Assembly (NCBI RefSeq): GCF_009914755.1
Contig: NC_060938.1
DNA from: the human T2T-CHM13v2.0 reference genome, Homo sapiens
Strand: one strand, 5' to 3'
Length of the DNA stretch: 64,000 nucleotides
Shown here piece after piece: positions 1 to 13,624 of the stretch. The translations under genes were made by a program, and so were the position numbers. Within the stretch, counting starts at the first letter, position 1; the number at the start of each line of letters is the position of its first letter. Under the pieces are notes generated by a model. The model saw nothing but the letters and a program-made list of their open reading frames with translations, was not told where the DNA came from and did not search any database.

Positions 1-75
1 CTCCTGACCTTGTGATCCACCCGCCTCGGCCTCCCAAAGTGCTGGGATTACAGGCGTGAGCCACCGCGCCCGGCC
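1..75 (-). mobile_element. Alu 5' end (AluSc/Y-like), cut by the window edge, inserted in a THE1/MST LTR
   Basis: ctcccaaagtgctgggattacaggcgtgagccaccgcgcccggcc is the reverse complement of the Alu 5' end. Confidence 0.95.
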
Positions 76-295
76 GATCTGATGATTTTATAAGGGGCAC
101 TTCCCCCTTCTCTCAGCAATTCTCCTTGCTGCCTTGTGAAGAAGGTACTCTGCTTCCCCTTCACCTTCCGCCATGATTGTGAGTTTCCTTAGGCCTCCCA
201 GCCTTGCTGAACTGTGAGTCAATTAAGTCTCTTTCTTTTATAAATTACCCAGTGTTGGGCAGTTCTTTATAGCAGTATGAAGATTGACTAATACA
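76..295 (+). mobile_element. MaLR LTR 3' half (THE1/MSTA-like)
   Basis: gatctgatgattttataagggg...ccgccatgattgtgagtttcc...aactgtgagtcaattaa...ataaattacccag...gactaataca. Confidence 0.88.
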
Positions 296-657
296 ATTTA
301 CATTGTAAATATGTGCTATGTATATAGGTTCATCAAATATTTTAATACAAGTTTTTAAATCTTCTAAAACAAATAATATCAAAGTGTTTTAAAATCTTAA
401 TTAAAAATCAAAGTGTACTTGCCTTACGTAGATCTAAATCAAAATCTCACTTCTATTTTATCTTAGGCCAAATATGTCTACAATTGAATTTAATACTTTA
501 AAAATAACTGAACAAACTTTAGGGTATTACATATAAGAAATTTCTAAATAAACCAACTAAAAAAACTCCGTTTTTAAAATTAATTAAATTAAATGTTAAT
601 TTAATAGTAATGTTACTTTAACGTTACAACAAACCAATCTCAAGCAAAGATACTTAC

Positions 658-763
658 TCTTAGTTGCTAGGTCTTGTTTTGCACATTCTCCTTCTGCAAT
701 TGATACATCATCAATAGCAATGTCACCTTCTATTCCAGGACCTCGGATACCTTCAAAAATGAG
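658..763 (-). CDS. MDGA2: MDGA2 coding exon (106 nt, phase 0 to 1), end of the MAM domain
   Basis: atttgtag|CTCATTTTTGAA...ACTAAGA|gtaagt. Translates [35 protein letters not shown], with the FEG...GDIAIDD...G-x-C MAM terminus. Confidence 0.97.
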
Positions 764-3700
764 CTACAAATATGAATGAAACAAACCTAAATGTGGAGCT
801 TTGATTTGCAGATCAATTTCTCTTGAGAAATCAAGGTGACAAAAATAAACTTGTCAGTAATCCTGGCATCTTTTATATTTGATGGCTTTCAAAATTAAAA
901 CTTGCAGAAAACATAAACTTTCATCCCAAAACCAGTAATTGAATCTTCCTTGCATTGTATTAGTTTTTCACATCAAAAGCTCTGTGTCGATTTTAAAGCA
1001 AAACTAAACTTAATTAAATAATACAATTAAAAAAAATGACTACACATCCTCTTTTAATTTTTAAGGATAAGAAAAAATGTTTTATTTGAAAAGTCTTTCT
1101 CTGAGATAGATTCTTTCTGGTTTTATCTGAACATAACTCATAACATTAGTTTTCTAGAAATATTTTAAAGAATGAATCAATTCTGAATTCTTTACAACAG
1201 TAATATGTATATTGAAGCCCGGAACAAAGTGTTTCTATCTCTGACATTGATTTCTCACAAATAGATTGAATAGGTTCGTCATATTCCCATGTTGACTTTA
1301 TAATTTACCTCCATGATTTCACTGCTGATATTCCATTTTTTTAAACTTGAAGATATGTATCAGTCTATTTATGTTGAATATCTCACGGTATACCTTTGAA
1401 TTTATGGTGTCTATAACAATGGTGGTCACTGAGGCTCAGTGCATGAATATTGAAAGAACAAATGAGTACAATCAGAATCCTTTATTATTAAATACTTAAA
1501 ACAATGACAATAGAAGCACAATTAGCAAATTTATATATTTTTTATTTTTACAGAAACAGGACTCTTTTAGAATTTTCTTTATGGCTCCCAAATTATTCCT
1601 TGCTTTCAGCAAAACTTTAATCTTTTTGATACTGAAAGGCAATTCATGCATTTAGTGGTGGGTATACAGTTCTAGAAAAATATTTACATGTTAAAAGGAA
1701 ATATCTGCTTTGGTCATTCCAAAGAATAGTTTAATAAAGAGCTGTTTCTAACATCAATCTGGTAATGTGCTTTATTAATAACATTTCTAGACTTATGTCA
1801 TCACAACAAATCTGACAATGTTTATTTTTATCAATGCCAAAGTTTTTGTTTTTGTTTTTATTTGAAAACATCTCCTCAAAGGCAAATCAGAGTCATCTCT
1901 GAACTTTTCAAAGCTGCTGTCCTGGGAAAGCCATAGCTTAATTATGATGATTTTGAGAGAACTTAGGCTACTTTTGAGAAATTTATCCAATGTTCTTTGA
2001 TATGCTCTCATAATATTATCAGTGGGAATCTCCAGGTAGTAACCAGAGGCATCAGTTGTCAACTTTTGTATTGAGACCCTGTCCTTCACTTAAATGTAGT
2101 TCATCAAACAAATAATAATTTTCATGATTTGATAGCAGAGAAAAATTTGAGTTCTTACTGATATACAGATATGATAAATATGGAGTTTCCTGCTTATCTA
2201 TGTTAAGATAAGCATGTTCTTAAAGATTCTCCAAAGCCATCTCTTTGAAAGACATTTAAAATGGTCTGTTTCACTGAAGCCAAAACAAAATGGCAGCTGT
2301 AGTTCAAATATTTAGAACCAAGTTAGCAGTTTAGCAAATTCTCAGTCCTCAGATAGAATTTACAATGAAGTATTATTTTGGCTGCTTGGAAATGATGACT
2401 TCCATTTGAGATAGGATGGTGTCTGGAAAGGTAACTGGGAAGTGGCTTTAAAAAGTCTCAGAAGACTTTTTAACAGTCCTTTATTTAAAAGGTCTATGAG
2501 AAAGGATTTAGAAAAAAATGAATGGTATGAACATTTGAGAGAATTGAATATGAAGAAAGGGAAGTCATTTTAAGGTGCAGAATATTCCACATTATGGATG
2601 TAATTTATTTAACCAGTACCCTATAGTCATCGTTAGACATTAAAACTATTGTCTCCTATTATGAACAAGGCTGAGGTGACTACGTTTCAAATAATTATTA
2701 TTCATACTTATTTAAAGCACATTGTTCTTTAAAGTCTTTACAAATTGCCCGTATGAGCAAACTACCTGTGAGAAAATATTTTCCTTTTTCCAAAAAGTAG
2801 GTTTTTAAGTCTTGGGGTATATTTTCCCTCTTTGATATGTGTCCCTTACCTGATAGAGAGTCAATGTTAGAGTAAATCAATAGTTAATATTAAATACTGC
2901 TTGTAGAGTGCAATACAGGGTTTACAATGTAGCCATAGCAAAGATAAGGGGTTTGCATTCCCATGGGCTTTATGTGGGGAAGTGAGATGTGGTGAAGAGT
3001 CTAATAAAGGTGGGTTAAAATGCTCTGCACCTGCTCGCACTTGAAATTTACACAGATAAAGCTGAAGTCAAAATCCTTTTATTAGGAAGGATGTTTGAAA
3101 AACATCCACAGTGTTCTGTATCACTGAAGCCAAAACAAAATTGCAGTACATGGATTTCCTATCTTAGCTATGTAAAGGTAAAAAGTTTGAAGAAAATACA
3201 CTTTTTCTTATTCAAAGTACACAATTGCTTTCACTTAGTAAGTTCTTGTTACTTCCAGATGGGAGTCATATAAAATGGTGAGATTTCTTTAAAAATCAAA
3301 ACTAAAACATACATGTCGTCAAAGTCATTTCTGAACTTTTCAAAGCTGCTGTCCTGGGAAAGCCATAGTTTAATTACAATGATCCTGCCATTACTTCAAA
3401 GCATTTCAAAACTTCTCCTACTACTGCCTTTAAAGGATTAAACAATCCTCCTTTTTATATTAATTTTCTTTTTCATCCTGTCCTCCTGCCTCCCTGTGCA
3501 GCTTGATCAAAATCAAAAGATTGGACCTAGGCTTGTGCTAAAAAAAAAAAAAAAGTCCCAGAGCAGTGAAATTGTGAAAGACAGACCCTTTTGTAGTCAG
3601 ATTGAGAGACTGTGTCGGGAAACCATCTGTAGTAAACATCAGGAAGCAGATTGACTAATGTAATTTAATATGTGTGCTACCTACCTACTGGCAATATGTT

Positions 3701-6700
3701 GACTGTAAGTCTGTGGTTTGCTGAACAACAAAACTAGCAATCAACAAAAATCAAAGCGTCACGTGTCCAGAGGGCTTCCTATACTTAGAACATTACCTTA
3801 TATGAATATTTCACCCCTTGGTGATACCGAATGAATGAAGTGGTACAGTAAAAAAAGTAGGCTGATTTGCAAATATATTATTTACATTTACACTTACAAT
3901 TATTGATACTACATTTTGTCATTGATAAAGCAAGGTAATTTCTTTAAGCATAGCAGGAATTTTAGACATTTTGTTTAAATAAATCTAGTTATTTATTGGT
4001 ATGATAAAGATAATTTCTAGCAATAAAACTCTTAGTACAGTCATAATTTGTATTTTTAATATTTATTTGTAATCTTGTGATGATAAAGAATCTATTTTAA
4101 TAGGCCAGAGAAATCTGCAGTCTTCCACAAGGACCTTTTTGAACAGAAAGGAAAAGAAAGGTCCTGTGTAGCATGTTTATTTGTTTCCTTTTAATTTCCA
4201 CAGTTTTGCTATTACGAAGATGTAGATTATTTTTTAACAGGTTGAATTTCACCAATAAATATTTATTGCATTGTTTTATTTATGCTCTGAGCTCTTGACT
4301 ACAATTATATTTCTGAATTACTTTAATTAAATTTTATAGATTCAAACAGATTCATAAATGACTCCTAGACTAAGATCTAGAGAGAGCATGTTTTACTTGA
4401 CATGGTTTCTGTGTGAGTTAGATTAGACAAATATAAAGTGTAGATATTAAATTTAAGTAATGTGCCTTAGCCAAACTTTTAAGCATTTGTAAAAATAAAT
4501 CTTTGCTGACGTTTTCTAGAATATACAGATGAGAAATTATAAGTGCATTAAAATATGATGTATTTAGCCATAGAAGATGTGATCTTTACACAACAAAAAA
4601 TCTTAATTATATTTATCTCGAGAATTAAGACTCTCTAGTTTAAAGAGTTAAATTGTCATATTTTTATTTCCATCATTTCCATCATTTATTTCCATCATTA
4701 TTTTGACTACTATTACATTACAGAGATAAAACCATTTTCGTTTCCTCTTCAGTACTTCTGAAATGCATTTGGTTTAACTAACTTGAAGAAGGAACTAACA
4801 GCAACTAGGTACCCATGGAGAAAATGTGAAAGTTTAGGTCTCCTAAAAGAGGGATAAAATTATGCAAAACCTGTTCCTCCCGCACAATAGCACTATTATT
4901 TAAAATTATTTCCCTTAATTGAAATGACAAGTTTAAAACTGAAATGTTTTCACAGTGTGTTCATGCAACTTCGCAACCTTAACATACAAAAAATATTGCC
5001 TAATCAGAAAATTAACTTTTGGTAAGTAAATTCAAACGGGAATTCTAAAAAATTAATGTGGATTTCTGTATTAGAATTGTACCTCACAAAATTGTTTCAT
5101 TAATTGACAGTTTCTTACATACATTATAATGCTTTAAAACATATAAATATAGATGTCAAAATAAAGATATAGATGATGCTATAAAAGTATGTGTCAAATG
5201 TAATTTCTCAGCAAGAAAAGAAGAGCTACATGAATCACGAATGTGTAAAAGTAGATGGGGGAATTAAATAATACAATGCACTTCTGATGATTTGCCTTCA
5301 TTGTTAATGGTGACTTCTGCAAATATTTACAACATAGTTTCTTCCTGACAAAAGGCAAATCACTTCTAATCATTACTGCTAAGGCAAATGCAAAACCCTA
5401 AGACTGCAGTTTGAAAATTGACAGTATATGTCACTTTGAAAAACTTCAGGATATAAATATATTTAAAAATAACCATTAGCATTAATAATGTTATCTTTAT
5501 TTTATCACTGGTTTAGCAAATAATTGAACTATCCTCAACCATTACAAAACAAATTTGAAGAGAGACAGCATAATAGACATAGTGGGTAGCCTTGGCTTTT
5601 TCCCTGGGGAAACTACCCAAATATGAACAGTGAGTTTAACTTAACAATACTCTGCCAGTTCATCTTGTGGGACAAATGTCAATTAGTTGTCAACATTTCT
5701 AATATTAAATAATAACATGAGAGTCGACTGTTGGGAAAGACAAAGAAATGCATCAAATTGTGAGCTGCAATTGGTAAATGTTTTCAATGGTTAAGTCAGG
5801 AGCCACCATTGTGTCCATATAATTGCCCTGGAATGTGGCTTAGAATGCCAGATATGCTACATGAGCATGTAATGTCTACTAATGAGGACAATATTTTCTA
5901 GCTTATTATTATTCTTAGTTGGAACATAAGGCAGCATGATGTAAGGAGAGCAGTATAGTCTCTTTTCCAGTCCCTGTTACAGTGTTAAGCATTTGTAGCT
6001 TAATTTTCTCAAAAATTTCTCAAAACCTGTTTCTAAGTCTTTAAATGAATATGTAAGAGCAGGAGGTTTCCAGAATCCCTTTCTCTTAAACTAAGAAAAC
6101 GTAAAGAGCATCTTGTGTCTCACAATCTAGTTGTACACTTTACCCCTGGAAAACATTTGAAATATACTATGAAAGAAGTAAAGCATTAAAAGGGGATGGT
6201 TAAATATTTTCCCTGGTATATGATGTAAAATTCATTGACATTATAAGAATATATCCATTTTGCTTCTTTGGAATTGTTGCCCTAATTTTTCCCAATGTAG
6301 CAAAATCTGTTTTCATCCCAAGCACTGATCATGCTAAGTTAATTCTAGTAAATGAACCCAACATAAATTTCAATAGAATAAAACTTCTACTTGTCTTGAA
6401 AAGTACTAAGCAATAATTGTATTTTCAGCTAAGCAAACTAATTGGACACACTCAAACAAAGGACTGTCCAAGTAATTTTATAAAGGATTTATGGATCAAA
6501 TTAATTTAAAGTCATGCAACTCAAAACAAATAAAACAGTGTAAATGCTAGTGAAAGAGACTCAAAGTCACTTATATTCTGTGTAAAATTTCAAGAGGTAA
6601 AAGTTGTGCCTTCCACTTGAAGTAAATACATCCTCAAATACCAGAAAGTTACATTTGAGTAATATTAAAACCTCTCAAACCTTAATTTATATAGTAATAT

Positions 6701-7499
6701 ATTGGTATCATTGTTGTTATCAGGAGTTCCTAGAAGACGTTACATACCAAATAAAGTATTTTTGAGAAGTTTGACAAGTTATAAAAGATTTTTGGGTAAA
6801 AAAAAAAACTTTTTATAAAACAATTCAAAACAAATTTCTCTAAAATGAAACGAGACAAAAACAACAAAAGTGGCATGGGATTATTTAGTTGTGTTTCACG
6901 TTTCCTTGAACAATCAAGATTAATGAAATAAAGTCCTTAGCCAATAGACCTAGAAATATGTTGGGAAATGAAAGAGCGTCGATCAAAATGAAAAGATGAT
7001 TTTATCTATCTTTATTTTCCACTGGTAATTTAAATAGCTTAAAAATGCATCAATTCAAACTATTTACAAATACAGATTGTTCCATTTGTTTCCATGAAAA
7101 ATAGAGTAACAGGAACAAGGCTATATTTCTACTTTAAATTACCAAATAACTGGGCCAACCACAGTGTTCAGGATACTAGATATCAGATAATGAAGAAGTG
7201 TGATCCCTGGGAAATGGGAGTCAAATAAGGTGAATTCTCTTGACCAATACAAAGTTTATAGGCCATGGTGCAAGTAGAGGAAAAGAAGGTGAAACCTGGT
7301 AGAAAATCTGAGTTGAGGAGATGAGAGTTCAAAAAAACAAGGGAAGCTGGAATGTTCAGGGCAGAATACCAGAGAAAAACAGTGGCAGAGAAAAAGAAAG
7401 AGAGAGAGAAATAGAGCACTGCAGAGAGTCCTCCTTGAGTATTCAGCAGAGTACTGATCAGGACATGAAATGAGCAATCTACCCAATACTTGGGAAAGA

Positions 7500-8560
7500 A
7501 ACAGAGGGGTGAATTTGAGTTAATAGTGCCCAGCATTCACAGGACTGGGAATGGTGACTGTTCCCATCCACCACATGGAAAAACCTCATAATACATGGGA
7601 CATTTGGTAGACGACTCAGAGTAGTCTTGCCTCCATCATGAAAAATAATTAGCCCTATACCAAACATTACTCTAGTCTCGCCTAAGAAATCTTAAAAGCA
7701 ACACCTAAAATAATCAAACTCTTCTGAAGTAACTCAACTATCTTCCCTGAAAAAGCTCAAGAATACTTATAAGAATACAAAAATATGCAGCACCTATCAA
7801 GGTAACAGTCACAATATCTGGTACCCAATCAAATTACCAGACTTGTAAAAAAAATAACGAAAACAGTGATCCATTATGAGAAGAAAAATCAATCAACTGA
7901 AGCCAACCAAGAACTTATACAGATATTAGCAATAGCAAATAATGATTTAAAATGGTTATTATAACTGGATTTCATATATTCAAAATATTAACTAAAGACA
8001 TACAAATATTTTTTAAAAGATTCAAATTGAACTTACAGAGATGAAAAATCCAATGACTTAGATGAAAAATACACTGAATAAAATTAAAAGTAAATTAGAC
8101 ATTGCAGAAGAAACTATTGTTGAATGTGAAGACATAATAAAAACTATCACAAATTAAACATAAATAGAAAAAAATGAAAATGCCTTAATGAGTTGTGTGA
8201 CACTTTCAAGCAATTTTATGTATGTGTGATTGAAATCTTCGAAGGAGAAGAGGAGAAAAACCTCAAATTTTATGAAAACTATAAATCCACAGATCCAAGA
8301 AATTCAGTGAACACAAAGCACATATAGAAGGAAGAAAAATATATCAAAGCACATCACAATACAGTTTATAAATACGAATGATAAGGAAAATCTTAAAAGC
8401 AAACAGAGAAAAAGTCACATTACATACAGAAGAATAAATTTAAGGCTATCCACAGATTTATTCCTGGAAACAATGCAAACAAGAAGAGTATGGTACAATA
8501 TCTGAAAAGTTCTAAAAAAAAAACAACAAGGATGCTATAATCAGTGGAAATCTTTCAAAA
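7500..8560 (+). mobile_element. Old L1 (L1M) 5'/ORF1-region fragment
   Basis: A-rich decayed ORF1-like text (aaatacactgaataaaattaaaagtaaattagacattgcagaagaa; ccacagatccaagaaattcagtgaac; gaaaatcttaaaagc). Boundaries approximate. Confidence 0.65.
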
Positions 8561-9915
8561 AATGTGTGGTATATTATGACCTTGGTATTTTTGTTTATTG
8601 TGAACTTTGCTGGAATTTTGTGTTGGAGAGGCAGTCATGTGGAAAGTGAAAGTATATCTATAATAATATCAACTTTTTAGAAAAAAATTGCTTTTTAATG
8701 ACAATATCAGTATATACATCTTAATATTAAGGTTACTTCTATCAGTAATACTTTGGAATCCTGTCTTCCCAGTTTAATTTAGTTTGATGATATGTTGTCA
8801 TTCATTTTCACAATTGTATTGATCTTCATAGAAACAAAATGATTATTTTTCAGAATCATATGGGAATAAATCTTTTATATATCTGTAGATAATTAGCCAG
8901 TCTTACTCTCTGATTCTTTATCATTGTGAATGACTATGTATTTTTATCATCCTGGTTTGATTTAGAAGTGCAATCTCCAAAGCAATTAGAATTTATAGAT
9001 TAGATTACAAGAAAAGGTCATTCCACCAATTAAAAACTGGCACGATTTTCTATACCCTTACAACATATGCCATGAAATGCATAAAAAAAATCACTAGTAG
9101 ATTCAATGCTATAAATATAATGTCATGAAATAGATTTGAATTCTTTTGAAATAAAGCATAGAGCTGTATAAGATATATGTCATAGACTTTGAAGATATTT
9201 TACCATATTTTTAAAATATAAAAATATTTGGATATGTATATATTTATATATGTATATATGTTTATACACATTAAAATCATTAAACAGTATATTAACTCCA
9301 CTGAAATAGCTTAATGATCTGTTGTCTCTAGCTATCATGGCCAGTGTGGCAGTCTTTACAATTTCTATATCTTTACTGGTAACTCTCTTAGCTAACTCTC
9401 TAAGCTTTACTTCTTTTCTATATAGAAACAAAGAAAAATAACTTATTTAAAGTCATCTTAATTTTAATAATCACTGATCAATTACTGATATGGCATTAAA
9501 TCAGAAGGAACTTTTTGTTGTAAGTATATAAAATTTAATCAAGAAAAATTCAAACAGATTGAGAATTGATTACCAAGTTCCATTATTATAGAAACTTATA
9601 ATAATTTTTTTTTCAGGGAGTAAAATATAAGCATGTGATTTTATAGAAATGGATTACATTTTTTCCAGGAAAATCATTTAAATTTTGATAAACTATTATT
9701 CAAACCAATTACTTGATGAGTATTAATGAATAAAGGAAAAGCGCATTTATCTTTATAAAACAGCTTTTAGAACTAAAGCAAAACCTAATCATATAATTTT
9801 TGTGATGCTTATATCGTGGAATTTCTGAATATTCATATTTTAATATTTGCTCAAGATCCACCTTTAATATTATGCTCATTTACAGCAATTAATTAGCCAA
9901 AACTACTTTTCTTAC

Positions 9916-10046
9916 CTGAAATGAAGTAATTGGGTATATATTAACATGAGCCTCATTCCATCTTTGTCCTTTATTCCCACTTGAAGACCACAGTGGATTC
10001 TCTATTGTTGTTTGCCCTTTCAAACGTAGATAAACATTTAAGACAC
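9916..10046 (-). CDS. MDGA2: MDGA2 coding exon (131 nt, phase 1 to 0), MAM domain
   Basis: tttttag|GTGTCTTAAAT...TTTCAG|gtaaga. Translates (G)[43 protein letters not shown], with the LW-x-x-SG-x-x-G-x-x-W MAM motif. Confidence 0.97.
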
Positions 10047-10224
10047 CTAAAAATGACAATAAAATTTTATTTTGCATATTCATTTTCACCTCAAATTTGT
10101 TTTTCCTTGACCAAACACTTGTAAACTTTTTAAACTGAAATTTTACAGAACACTCTAGTGTCTTGTCCTCTCTTCTCCTCTCATTTCCTATCTTGCTCTT
10201 ATGACATTTGACATTTGATCCAAA

Positions 10225-10674
10225 AGTAACCATCTCCTAATTCCCTAGAACATGTGCATGTTGCCTGATATTGCAAAAGGGATTTAAGGATTTTGCAATG
10301 GGGAGATTATTCTAGATTATTAGGGTGAGTCCTAAATGCAATTACATATAGCTTTATAAAACAGAGGCAGAGGGAGATTTGATACAGGAAAGAAGGCCAT
10401 GAGAGATAGAGATGTTACATGGCTGGTTTCCAAGATGGAGGAAGGGGCTACAAGGACTACTGGCAGCTTCTTGAAGCTAGTAAAGGCAAAGGAAAGGGCT
10501 TCTTTCCTGGAGCTTCAGAAGAAGTCAGCCCTGCTGACATCTTGATTTTAGGCCCAGAATGCTTTTTTTAAATTTCTGTTCTCCAGAATGATAAGCTAAT
10601 AAATTTGTGTTGTTTTAGATCATGAAGTTGGTGATCATTTGTTATTTGTTACAGTAGCAAGAGGAAATTAACAT
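10225..10674 (+). mobile_element. MaLR LTR (MLT1C/D-like)
   Basis: ggggagattattctagattat...cctaaatgcaat...cagccctgctgacatcttgatttta...aataaatttgtgttgttttag...tttgttacagtagcaagaggaaattaa. Confidence 0.8.
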
Positions 10675-10904
10675 AGCATGTAATCATGTACTGAATAACT
10701 TGCTCAGAGTTGGACTCTAATTCTGTCGTCTTATATTATCATTTAGCATCTTATTTTTTCAGTTTGATTTTTACCTGTCTCATTTTTCTTCTAAAAGAGT
10801 TATTGGAAAATAAAATGAAGATAGCTTTTATCTCATTATTTGATATCTCTCTTTCAATAGTTTAATGTGCTGTACACAGTAATGATATTAATGATGATAA
10901 TGAT

Positions 10905-11118
10905 ATTAATACAATAAATATATATCAAACACTTACTCCAGATGAGGAATTAATCCTCTCAACAATCCTATGAAGTACTTATTATTATTATCCCCACATT
11001 ATAGATGAGAAAACTTAGAGGGGTTAAACAATTTGCTCTATGTCATACAGTAAGAAAATAGCACAAGCAGGATTTGAACTCAGGGAGTTTCAGAGTCTTA
11101 CATCTTAATCACTAGGCA
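10905..11118 (-). mobile_element. MIR SINE
   Basis: aatcctctcaacaatcctatgaagt...ccccacattatagatgagaaaact...ggatttgaactcagg, the MIR core. Confidence 0.8.
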
Positions 11119-12540
11119 ATCAATATTTTACTAGATAATTTTAAAAATCAACTGTATTGAGGCAAAATTTACATGCAATAAAATTCATTCATTTCTATGT
11201 GTTCAGGCCAATAGTTTTAGACTAATGTCTACTATAATATTAGTACTTGATCAAGATAAAATCAATGCATCTTGATTGTATCAATGTTCAAGATACAGAA
11301 CATTTCCATTTCCTCAAACAATTTTCTCACTTTCCTCTGTAGTTTATCTTCCCAGCCACCCTCCCTTTGCTAGATAACTAGTAATCAGGCTTCTATCACT
11401 AATCAATGATTTCTTTTATAGAGTGTCATATTAATGGAATTAGGCATTATATAATTTTTGTGTGTTTGGTGAGTTTCCCTAAGCGTAATATTGATGATAT
11501 TTATGTTATTGTTTTCTTAGTCATTTTAAATTCAATGTTTAGTTTACTTATGTTTAATGTAGCTATTGATGTGTTTATACTTAAATATACCATCCTGTTG
11601 GTTTGCATTTCTTTCTTCTGTTTTTCCTTCTCCCTCTCTCCTTCCATTCCTTTTTATCAGGAACTGATTTTTTTCAGGATTTATAAAAAAATAAAAATTT
11701 AAGATTTCAATTTATTTACTCTACTGACTTAACTTTATCTCCTTTTACTATGCATTAGTGATTATTTTAGAGTTAAGATATAACTTCTCAGAGTCTAATT
11801 AGAGTCAATATTTTACTTCTTCATATCTACAAGTCATAATTCAAACTCCCTTCAGATGTTCCACTATTACCTTATCCTATTCACTTCACTTTCTATATCT
11901 CACTCCACAAATGTAACAACCTTACACAACATTATAATTCATTTATCTGCCCCATTTCTTTACTCAAATATATCTTTTACTTTTGTTTACATTGTAAACC
12001 TTACCTTCCGGTACTATTTTTTAAGAGCCAGATATGAATATATTTTCTATAAATTATAAGAAGAAAGGAAATATGGCGTTTCAATTTCCACTTATTTCCA
12101 TTTCTGGTGGTTTACATTTCTACCTGTAGATATGAGTTACAATCTGGCACCCATGGCCCAAAGGGCATCCCTTAGCATTTTTTGCAGTGGTGAGCTTCTA
12201 GGGACAATATTTCTCTGATTCCTTTAAGTAAAAATATTCTCATTTCTCTCATATTTCTTGTGAGGTTTAGAATTCAGGCGGGTTTTTTTTCCACGTATTA
12301 AAGGTGTTCCATTATCTTCTGCATGCTATTTCTAATGTGAAGTAAACCATCATTTATTTTTGTTTGTCTTGTATATAGTATGCTTTTCTTTCTCTCTCAG
12401 GCTGCTTTAGAGAATTTCCCTTTGTCTTTGGTTTGCAGTAGTTGATTGTGATGAATGTAAATACGGTTTTCTTTAGATTCATCTTGCTCAGGGTTATGCT
12501 GAGTTTCTTCTAAGTCTTTTCCATTAATTCTTTTTAAAAT

Positions 12541-12852
12541 TTGTTTTATTTTATCTTATTCTTTTTTTAAGAGATGGGGTCTTGCTCTGTCACCCAGACT
12601 GGTGTGCAGTGGTGCCATGGCACCTCACAGCAGCCTCAAACTCCTGGGCTCAAGGGATCTTCCCACCTCAGCTTCCAAAGTAGCTAGTACTACAGGGGCA
12701 CCCCAACATGCCTAGCTAATTTATTTATCTTTTTTTATGAATGGGGTCTCTCCATCTTACTCAGGTAGATCTCCAACTGAGTTCAAGCAATCCTCCTGCC
12801 TTGGCTTCCCAAAGTTTTTGGGATTACAGACTTGAGTTACCACGCCTGGTCC
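12541..12852 (-). mobile_element. AluJ
   Basis: gagatggggtcttgctctgtcacccagactgg...cagcctcaaactcctgggctcaagggatcttcccacctcagc (J-type diagnostics); strongly diverged. Confidence 0.9.
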
Positions 12853-13293
12853 CATTATTTCTAACAATATTTTCTGCCACATGTCTCTTTCCTCTCTTTT
12901 GCACAATTAACTTATATATAAATCCTTAAATATATATGTATATTAAAGTACATATATATAAAAGTACTTATATATAATGTAACTTGATATTCTTGTATAG
13001 GTCATTATGGCTCTGTTTATTTTTCTTCAATATTTTCCCCTATTTTCTCAAATTGGAAAATTTTCTTTGTCTTCAAGTTCACTGACTTTTTTTTTTCTGT
13101 CATCTCCAGTCTTCTGTTAAGCCCACCCAGTAAATTTTTTTGTTTATTGTACTTTGTAGTATAATTCTTATTTAGTCCTAGCCCTTTAGTATAGTTTCTC
13201 TTTCTCTGCTGAACTTCTTTATCCATTCACGCATTTTATTTCCTTTGATTCTTTCAGCACATTCTGTTATTTCACGGAACACATTTATAATAC

Positions 13294-13624
13294 TTTTTTT
13301 CTTTTCTTTTTCTTTTACTTTTTTTCTTTTTTTTTTTTTTTTTGAGACGGAGTCTCGCTCTGTCTCCCAGGCTGAAGTGCAGTGGCGCGATCTCGGCTCA
13401 CTGAAAGCTCCGCCTCCCGGGTTCACGCCATTCTCCTGCCTCAGCCTCCCGAGTAGCTGGGACTACAGGCGCCTGTTACCACACCCGGCTAATTTTTTGT
13501 ATTTTTAGTAGAGATGGGGTTTCACCGTGTTAGCCAGAATGGTCTCGATCTCCCGACCTCGTGATCCACCAGCCTTGGCCTCTCAAAGTGCTGGGATTAC
13601 AGGCGTGAGCCACCGTGCCCGGCC
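13294..13624 (-). mobile_element. AluY with target-site duplication
   Basis: Y diagnostics (aagctccgcctcccgggttcacgccattctcc; ccgtgttagccag; gtctcgatctcc), CpG-rich. TATAATAC is repeated at 13286-13293 and 13625-13632. Confidence 0.95.

Noticed and set aside
1891-3383. Short direct repeats as a CRISPR-like array
   Set aside because: Only two copies of each repeat, irregular kilobase spacing, no cas genes, and a mammalian intron context.
7183-7536. 117-aa hydrophobic ORF
   Set aside because: Reverse translation of purine-rich, low-complexity sequence next to an old L1; no splice or homology support.
9889-10233. 114-aa minus-strand ORF as an independent gene
   Set aside because: Only 9916-10046 is MAM-coding; the rest is intron read through in frame across clear splice sites.
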